Origin: a virus
Taxonomy: Duplodnaviria > Heunggongvirae > Uroviricota > Caudoviricetes
IMG/VR virus record: IMGVR_UViG_3300042564_004805
Coordinates: 64,001-128,000 of that record
Length of the DNA stretch: 64,000 nt
Reading direction: 5' to 3' (one strand)
Shown: piece after piece, positions 1 through 6,928 of the stretch
How positions within the stretch are numbered: position 1 is the first letter of the stretch
How the letters are laid out: each line of letters opens with the position of its first letter
Notes under the pieces: model-generated
Databases searched by the model: none
Seen by the model: only the letters and a program-made list of their open reading frames with translations
Told to the model about the DNA's origin: nothing
Position numbers and translations under genes: made by a program

Positions 1-1296
1 AATCAAACGATCATTACCCACAGGGCGGATTTGCCCCACTACTGTTTCCTTGCTCATGTTCAAACTTCGAATAGCACTGGGATATAGACTGTTGATGTCT
101 ACACCGCCAATCCATTTGTGCATGCCTTCAACTGGGTCAGCCACATATGCACCAGCAATACCATTGGGCTCAATGTCTTCACCCTGATCGTCTTTCATGA
201 TTTCAGGATTGTCTCTACGTCGAGTAGGAACACATAAGCCAAGATCATGTGCTTCGTTAGTAATGGCATTGTCAATAAGCTGTACTGACCCCATTGTTGT
301 TTGGATCAACACTCCGTTTGTGTGTGCTAGATCATTGCTTAGATCAATGAATTTCAGCTTGCGATCAATTTTCACCAACAGCATAACGTCTTGCCTGTTA
401 TAGGCAATGAACTTTTCAAAGTCTTCGTTATAGAGCTTGTCCAAGCTGCCTTCGTAAGCTATCTTCTTGTCGCCCACTTCATACTCGCCCACAAAGTCCA
501 GTCGATAACTGTGCATCTCGTGATAGGTATGCTTGCGGTACAGTTGCAGATAGTCAAGATGGACTCTGCCCACTAGATCAAAAGTAATAGTGGGCTTGCC
601 ATAGCTTTCATACTCCCTTTTCTTGGGAAATTTGTTCCAGAGACACAGCCTTTTAGTGTGCTCCTTACTCAAAATTTGAATGATACGATTGTGCAAATAG
701 GGAATATCATAACCCTCTGAATTCCAACCTGTGAGAACATCTGCATCCTCAATGAGGGTGAGAAACACATCCAATAGCTCAGTTTCATTGCTACACAGCA
801 CAGTGTCTTCAAATTTGTCCACAACTGCTGATGCTTGCTCTACTGTGAGTGTTTTGGGTTTGAGGACAAGAGTAAAGTTTTTGCCCAGCCAACTCAAATA
901 TACAGATACTGCTGTAATGGGATTGAACGCCTCGTCAGTTGACGAGAAGCCCCGATCAGGATCAAAATCAGTTTCCAAGTCAAAAAACGCCACATGCAAC
1001 TGTGGACTTGCTGTATTTTTGTAATGTTCATAAAAACAACGGAAAATGGGATTGCTATCACTTTCATATTGTTGTGTTTTTGGAACCAAGCGACACTCTC
1101 TTTGAAACTCTTCCCAACGATTGGTTTCAAATTTATCCAGCCGTTCACCATAAATGCTAGTGTATTTTCCACGCTCACTGGGAAAATACATTACGTATTT
1201 GCTGGGATATGTGTTGTAGACTCGTTTGTGGTTTACACGCTCCACAACTTGAATACAGTGTTTGTCTTTCTCCAAAATAGCATCAACATACGTCAT
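1..1296 (-). CDS. Family B DNA polymerase (T4 gp43-like), N-terminal part, runs off the window edge
   Basis: Absent from the ORF track; translated by hand from ATG at 1296: MTYVDAILEKDKHCIQVVER... It contains 3'-5' exonuclease motifs FFDLETD, LTGWNSEGYDIPY and HLDYLQLYRK, and the PolB region II motif GVDINSLYPSAI. The frame is open to base 1. Confidence 0.95.
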   Translation of the reverse strand, partial: MTYVDAILEKDKHCIQVVERVNHKRVYNTYPSKYVMYFPSERGKYTSIYGERLDKFETNRWEEFQRECRLVPKTQQYESDSNPIFRCFYEHYKNTASPQLHVAFFDLETDFDPDRGFSSTDEAFNPITAVSVYLSWLGKNFTLVLKPKTLTVEQASAVVDKFEDTVLCSNETELLDVFLTLIEDADVLTGWNSEGYDIPYLHNRIIQILSKEHTKRLCLWNKFPKKREYESYGKPTITFDLVGRVHLDYLQLYRKHTYHEMHSYRLDFVGEYEVGDKKIAYEGSLDKLYNEDFEKFIAYNRQDVMLLVKIDRKLKFIDLSNDLAHTNGVLIQTTMGSVQLIDNAITNEAHDLGLCVPTRRRDNPEIMKDDQGEDIEPNGIAGAYVADPVEGMHKWIGGVDINSLYPSAIRSLNMSKETVVGQIRPVGNDRLI

Positions 1297-1583
1297 CCAA
1301 AACTCCATAATCCATATAAATTCAACCCTGTATAAAACAACATCATTACAGCGAGTAATAGATTCTTACGCAAAATACTGCTGATGGTCAAGGCTACACT
1401 GCCAAACAACCAAAACAAATACAATGTGCTCAAAGGTAATATTTGAAAGGCTTAAACGGCGACAGCCAGCAGTATGCTGGCTGTACCTAAAATCTCCAAA
1501 AAAAACATTACAATCCATTTAGATCTTTGAGTCAAAGATCTATAAAAATGTATCCTTGCTTTGAGTGCAGCCTTAGGAAACAC
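1293..1583 (-). pseudogene. Small multi-pass membrane protein (about 96 aa) interrupted by one in-frame TAA at 1452-1454
   Basis: GTG at 1583 overlaps the end of the upstream gene, and TGA at 1293-1295 overlaps the polymerase ATG (ATGA). The hydrophobic frame continues across the stop: ...FFLEILGTASILLAVAV*AFQILPLSTLYLFWLFGSVALTISSILRKNLLLAVMMLFYTGLNLYGLWSFG. Confidence 0.6.
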
Positions 1584-1848
1584 CTGCTGCTTTTAGCACT
1601 TCTTCAACACTGTCCAGCTGTGTTTGAAGATCGTTCAAAGTGTCTTGATTCTGCTGGCTCATCTTGTAGGCGGTTCGGATAGCCATGTTTAGGATCTTTT
1701 TGTCAATATCCAGTTCCTCACTTACTGATCCCACTTGGTCTTTTAGTCCCTCTTTGAGGGTAGCAATCTCGCGCAACACATCAATACCTGAATTCACAAG
1801 GGCCATAATCTTTGAGCGATCATTTGGTCCTAGAGTGCCGATACCCAT
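1573..1848 (-). CDS. T4 DsbA-like dsDNA-binding / transcription regulator protein
   Basis: 91-aa helical protein (DRSKIMALVNSGIDVLREIATLKEGLKDQVGSVSEELDIDKKILNMAIRTAYK) resembling the DsbA/GapR-like family, next to the polymerase. Confidence 0.6.
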   Translation of the reverse strand: MGIGTLGPNDRSKIMALVNSGIDVLREIATLKEGLKDQVGSVSEELDIDKKILNMAIRTAYKMSQQNQDTLNDLQTQLDSVEEVLKAAGVS

Positions 1849-1904
1849 CTACTTTTGCTCCACGTTTGTTGTATGCCATGATTGTGTGGCAGACAGCACA
1901 TGTG

Positions 1905-2900
1905 TCAAACAACAATAAGGCTGCTGGCTTGGACTCCATTGTTATATCCAATGAGGGAGAATTCTTGTGTGCTCTGGGCTTGCCAAGGAGTTTTGAATCC
2001 AGTGTACTGGTTCAACATGCCTCCAACAGAAAAGTTAAATGACTCTTGGCTTGTTAAGGGGTTTTGGAAATTAGCTACGTCCTGGAATCTATAGCCCTCT
2101 TGTGTAGTGCTCCGCCAATTCAAAGCTGTGTCGTTGAACCAAACTGTAGATCCTGACAGTGCAACAATAGCTTCTTTGCCCAGTGTGGATCGGTATAATA
2201 ACCGCGTAAATGGTTTGGATTTGCCTTGATCTTTTAAATTATCAAACAATGTCCATTCTGTGCTTGTGGTTTGAAAATCGTTGGTATAGGCTATCCAGCC
2301 TTTGCCGCCCAGCCAAACTTTTACACTACTTCCTACGTGGGCTTCAATACTGTAAATACCGCCAGGGATAATATCTGGAAGTAGTATTCTTGTCCAAGAG
2401 TCAGTGTTGTCTTCACTATAGATTACCACAGGCTGTCGCAGATGATTTGTGCAGCCCACAGCAATCCATTTTCCTAGGCCCAAGTGTTTGATATCAAACA
2501 AAGTCATGGGTTCTTGATAACTGACAAATTTTCTGACCCAAGTTGCTGGACCACCATTTCCAGACACTGCGACAAATCCAGTTTCTGCAAGGTTACTGAA
2601 GTTTTTTTCATGTCCCACAACTGTGAACAATCCTTGTCCCCATGTGATTTTGTTAACAAGCCAACTTTTGTTTTCAGGAGTGTAGGAATACCAATTTACA
2701 CCATCACCACTTACTGTGAAGTCTCCAAAATTTGTAGCACCAACCCACGTATTGTTTCCATACGCCATGGATTGTATGCTGCCCAGTCCATTGACTGGAC
2801 TATTGCCTGTAGTCCAGCCTAATTCATTGGTAGAGAAGGCATATAATGCCCTGCTGTACCACCGTGTGGGATCCATACCAAAACTATACAAAGTTGCCAT
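1905..2900 (-). CDS. Beta-propeller-like (BNR/YCF48-type repeats) putative virion protein
   Basis: Recurring S-x-D-G/T-x-x-W turns (VSGDGVNW, YSEDNTDSW) and beta-rich composition. Confidence 0.5.
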   Translation of the reverse strand: MATLYSFGMDPTRWYSRALYAFSTNELGWTTGNSPVNGLGSIQSMAYGNNTWVGATNFGDFTVSGDGVNWYSYTPENKSWLVNKITWGQGLFTVVGHEKNFSNLAETGFVAVSGNGGPATWVRKFVSYQEPMTLFDIKHLGLGKWIAVGCTNHLRQPVVIYSEDNTDSWTRILLPDIIPGGIYSIEAHVGSSVKVWLGGKGWIAYTNDFQTTSTEWTLFDNLKDQGKSKPFTRLLYRSTLGKEAIVALSGSTVWFNDTALNWRSTTQEGYRFQDVANFQNPLTSQESFNFSVGGMLNQYTGFKTPWQAQSTQEFSLIGYNNGVQASSLIVV

Positions 2901-2906
2901 TTCAGC

Positions 2907-4022
2907 TTATTTAACCGAGGGAAATTTGCCATTGCTTTGAGTTTGAGGAGGAACTCCTCCTGCTGTGACTTTGTTGAGAAATTTCCGGGCTTGTTTTTGA
3001 ACAGCATCAGGTCCCACATCGGTGGTAGTGTTCACACCTTTAACTATCTTGCCCACACCAGCTGTTTCGCCAAGACTGGGTTTGAGAATCAAGTAGCCAT
3101 CTGTTCCTGGCGAGAGAGAGTAGGGAAAACTCTCTTGCTTGGTTACCCAAGTCCAACCCAGATGTCTTGCTAATTTTGGTGCCATACTCTTATAACGCTT
3201 TTTCCTGCTCGGGGCCCAAGCCTGGAACCAAAGTCCATTTACAGGTAAGGTTTTTTGATGATCAATAGCATACTTGAGAAGTTGAAACACAGCACTGAAG
3301 ACTTTAAAGGCTGAACCTGTGCCACTTATGTCCATGCCATACTCTGTGTGCCTAAATTCCACCTCGTAAATACCCCTCTTCTGAGGCTCTTGCAATCGAG
3401 ACATTCGAAGCTCGTATTCGTTGCCATCAATTTCAAACAAAAAATCAATATAGCTGTCGCCTTCTGTTTTTATCTTCCATTTATCCCGGGGAAGTTGGTA
3501 ATCAAAAGCCTCTTGCAATTTTGGTTGAACTATTGCACTGGGCTTATATACAACAAAGTCACTTGTGTCAAAATCAAAATATACTTTGGCACCAGCTCTC
3601 TGCGCCAACATTTGACCCAATGCGCTATAGAGCTTGTTCCTGCTGCCGCGTCCACCAATAAAAGTCAAGTAGTCCCATTCATGAGATCCAAGCCAACCAA
3701 AGAGGCGTCGCACCAATTCTTTCCACAAGGGTATGGCCTTAAGGCCCATTGTGCCAGTTTGTTCTATTTCCCCATCCACTGTCCATAACCAAACATAGCC
3801 CTTGGCTTGTGGATTGGGCTCTAAATCACTGGCAGCCAATGCATCCTGTAAGTCTTTTTGATTTTTATCTTGAGTAAGTCTTTGTTCGACTAAATGGTCA
3901 TCATACTCAAAGCTTGTAATATATCTTGAAACTGAGCCCACATTGTCTTGTTGCCATTTGGTTGTCAATGGCTGATAAGCTTCTAGCAACTTCTTTAAGG
4001 GCACTAAATGGTAAATTCTCAT
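2907..4022 (-). CDS. Modular putative internal head protein (two SRxxxY-type domains plus a C-terminal ETAGVG module)
   Basis: 371-aa ORF; modules delimited by LLE, LQE and LGE; the domains resemble those in the 969-aa neighbour. Confidence 0.6.
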   Translation of the reverse strand: MRIYHLVPLKKLLEAYQPLTTKWQQDNVGSVSRYITSFEYDDHLVEQRLTQDKNQKDLQDALAASDLEPNPQAKGYVWLWTVDGEIEQTGTMGLKAIPLWKELVRRLFGWLGSHEWDYLTFIGGRGSRNKLYSALGQMLAQRAGAKVYFDFDTSDFVVYKPSAIVQPKLQEAFDYQLPRDKWKIKTEGDSYIDFLFEIDGNEYELRMSRLQEPQKRGIYEVEFRHTEYGMDISGTGSAFKVFSAVFQLLKYAIDHQKTLPVNGLWFQAWAPSRKKRYKSMAPKLARHLGWTWVTKQESFPYSLSPGTDGYLILKPSLGETAGVGKIVKGVNTTTDVGPDAVQKQARKFLNKVTAGGVPPQTQSNGKFPSVK

Positions 4023-6928
4023 ACTTTTATAAGGTTTCCTTTGAGATCTGTGATAGTAATCCTATCAATACTTACAGGTGTTACCTGACAATTGGGCAGC
4101 AAATTATCTCTATCTGAAGGCTGCATGGTATCTACTGGCATATATGCTCGTGCAGTTTTATCCTCAGGTGTTATTTCCCAACTTAAGATGTATTTGCCAA
4201 ACCAATCATGCTCACCAACATCAAAAAATATAGCAATAACTGGAGTGAAAGGATATTCCACAGTGCTATATCGGCCAAATTCTCTAGCACCAGTCTCATC
4301 ATATTTTGGTTTCAGTCCGCCTGACTTTATTATACTTGTAAGCTTATTGGTCATATGGTATACTCGCTGGCCCACAATACTTTTGCCTGGATATAAATTA
4401 TATTGGGAATATTGCATGCCAGGCTCATACCAAATATTTGCTCCAGGACGCAAACCTTTGTAACTTAAACTTTCGTCCAAGTTAGTGAATGATGCAAGCT
4501 TGTCCTGCTTGACAATTGCAAAGCTTTTGTTAGTGTGCAACACTGTGCTATCAGCAGGTGCCAACTGTTTTGCCAGCCGGAGATAGAGCTTGTTGCGGCT
4601 GCGCTCATCCCCACTGAAGTTGATGTAGTCCCAGCTGTGGGTCTGGAAAAACCATTTGAGTTTTCGTATAATCAAATCAAATAATTGGGCACTTTTTTGG
4701 TCAAACATACCTGTTACAGAGATGCTGTGATCTACAGAGAAGGACACTTCATATCCAACCCAGTTTTCTGGCACTTGCTTTTGCAAGATAGTTTGAAGCT
4801 CATAAGAAGCGTCTTTTACGACTGCTATTTGCACTTCACTGCCAGCAAATTCAAATTCAGTGTAGTGGGTTGAACCGCCCTTTATTGATTGCCAATCTCC
4901 AGGAAGTGGCTTGCCTTTAAAAACTTCATCCAGCTCTTGAGATTTTGCTGCCAACAAATGGTTTTTGATCAGCAGGAACCAATCTCCAAATTGCATTGGC
5001 TCTGAATCAAGTCCTGGAGATATCTGACTCAATATTTTAGTATATACTCTTTGTCTACTGTCCCCAGCACCTGCGAAGACCAAATAGTCCCATTCTATAT
5101 TTTGTAGTAGTCCTATGATTTTTCCTACAACAATTGAAATTACATTCGCTGCACCTGTGCCTAGTAAGCCTGTTGGATCAGTTTCGCCATCTACCCTGAA
5201 TATTATTTCTCTGCCAACCAGGTTTGCTCCAGCCTCTATGTTTTTCTTCATCAACACATAGGCACCAGATTGGGCCCAATCCCGACTCACACTTATTGTG
5301 ATCTTATATCCTTGAAGATCAAACTCTGTTTCAAACATTTCTGCGTCGCCGCTTCCATATTTTTTCCAATCGCCTGGAATATGCTCACCACTTATGATTT
5401 CATCAACTCTAGTTGCTCCGCCGCAATGTTTGTTTTGAAACCAGTTGGCTTGGCGTTTGTCTAGAGTTGTAGCACCCTGGCGTGTTTTGAGTTTTTGTGT
5501 TTTGTCACATGTGACACCTCCGCCATACAGTCTGGTGATTTTGGATTTGAGAGTGCCAGGCGCACCTTTGCGCTCTGTTAACAATGTATCAACAGGCATT
5601 TTCTCCCAATGCAGCCATGCTGATGGTGCAACTTGGTTGTGCACACCAGGATCGTATTCTACAACCTTTCCTCGGTATATCTCCCTTATTTGATTCGCTG
5701 GTATAGAGCCTTTGACTCCCACTTCATGTGATCCTGTGCCTTGCACATGCACAATTTTTGATTCATCAGGTTTGGGCACTGCAATTACCCATGCTGGATT
5801 GTCCCAGTTGGCTTTTTGATTCCATGGTGCAAAACTATGAGCATAAGTTTCAGCTGACCTGGGTTCAGTTGAAAAATAGGTTAAGCCCTGTTGCCCAGCC
5901 AAGTTATACTCGCCTTTGCTTTGTATCACTCCTGTTTTTTTGATATTTTGAAATTCATGATTACTCATGCCCCTATACACTAGGTTGGGATTTGGAGTTA
6001 TGTTTAAATTGGCACGCAAATGAGATTTGGGAACAAGCTGATCTTTTACGGCGATGACTTTGCCATCATCGTCTTCAAGTGGGTCACTTTTGATGTCAAA
6101 ATAATTGGGATCATATTCGCCCAATCTACCTCTCCAGGTTACACGGTATGTGTCTCTTTTGTTTTCATTTTCTTCTGAGAGACTTTTTTGAGTCTTTAAC
6201 AGCAGTTCAAAAAACGGGCCAGATACACTAGTGTTTGCTCTCTGTGGTACAAGACGCAGGTTGAGTGCTTCAATCCATTCAGGTTTGATGTGCCTAGCAC
6301 GCAATCCACCGACAAAAAACAAATGAGTTTCAACAGGTGCATCGCCTTCAGTTTCTAGGACCGCATACATTCTGTTGCGGCCTTCGTGCCCAATTACTCT
6401 TGCGGATTTATTATAACGACCTTTTTCCCATTCTATTGGTATGTCTAAGACCAGCCAAGGACTGGCCATTCCCTGCCCTTGATCTAGTTGCTGTTTGATA
6501 TAATCCACACTCCCAGCATGTTCTCTTGACAAAGGGCTAGCCAATTTCAAAAATACACTGGGCTTCATCGCGACTCTCAAGCCAAGATAATCCACATTCT
6601 TATTGTCAGGCACTTCCCCAATGCCACTCACATTGTCGATTTTTACTTCATTTAGCAGGGCAAACAGCTCTATCAGAAGAGCTTCTTGAGCAGGCTTTTT
6701 CTCAAGTTTGCTCAATTTCTTGTAATAGTTAAGATCCTCACCCAAGTGATCCAAGGCTATTTCTCGCGCCACACTCCGCAACCGGGTGTGTTCCATCTCC
6801 ACTTTGATGCCCTGTGCCAGCTGTTTCTCCACAGAGTCTGTTGACACTTTGTATTTTTTAGCCAGCTCAGCTACGCTACTGGTAGGCTTGTTCAATAGGT
6901 CATTCAGTTTCATTAGGATCTTCTTCAA
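4019..6928 (-). CDS. 969-aa multi-domain polyprotein: DUF5661-like, ParB/Srx-like, R-S-E ADP-ribosyltransferase-like, basic peptide, two WDY..SRxxxY domains, H-x-T ART-like
   Basis: Motifs GIKVEMEH..EIALDHL.E..NYY.KL, GHEGRNR, VYRG..YFST..HEV and VYHMT..I.KSGGLKP. Junctions at LNE, LSE, LTE, VDE, LDE and LDE. Confidence 0.7.
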   Translation of the reverse strand: MKKILMKLNDLLNKPTSSVAELAKKYKVSTDSVEKQLAQGIKVEMEHTRLRSVAREIALDHLGEDLNYYKKLSKLEKKPAQEALLIELFALLNEVKIDNVSGIGEVPDNKNVDYLGLRVAMKPSVFLKLASPLSREHAGSVDYIKQQLDQGQGMASPWLVLDIPIEWEKGRYNKSARVIGHEGRNRMYAVLETEGDAPVETHLFFVGGLRARHIKPEWIEALNLRLVPQRANTSVSGPFFELLLKTQKSLSEENENKRDTYRVTWRGRLGEYDPNYFDIKSDPLEDDDGKVIAVKDQLVPKSHLRANLNITPNPNLVYRGMSNHEFQNIKKTGVIQSKGEYNLAGQQGLTYFSTEPRSAETYAHSFAPWNQKANWDNPAWVIAVPKPDESKIVHVQGTGSHEVGVKGSIPANQIREIYRGKVVEYDPGVHNQVAPSAWLHWEKMPVDTLLTERKGAPGTLKSKITRLYGGGVTCDKTQKLKTRQGATTLDKRQANWFQNKHCGGATRVDEIISGEHIPGDWKKYGSGDAEMFETEFDLQGYKITISVSRDWAQSGAYVLMKKNIEAGANLVGREIIFRVDGETDPTGLLGTGAANVISIVVGKIIGLLQNIEWDYLVFAGAGDSRQRVYTKILSQISPGLDSEPMQFGDWFLLIKNHLLAAKSQELDEVFKGKPLPGDWQSIKGGSTHYTEFEFAGSEVQIAVVKDASYELQTILQKQVPENWVGYEVSFSVDHSISVTGMFDQKSAQLFDLIIRKLKWFFQTHSWDYINFSGDERSRNKLYLRLAKQLAPADSTVLHTNKSFAIVKQDKLASFTNLDESLSYKGLRPGANIWYEPGMQYSQYNLYPGKSIVGQRVYHMTNKLTSIIKSGGLKPKYDETGAREFGRYSTVEYPFTPVIAIFFDVGEHDWFGKYILSWEITPEDKTARAYMPVDTMQPSDRDNLLPNCQVTPVSIDRITITDLKGNLIKV

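Noticed and set aside
1-1296. Intein or intron in the DNA polymerase
   Set aside because: The visible part runs through the exonuclease and region II motifs with normal spacing and no splicing or LAGLIDADG motifs.
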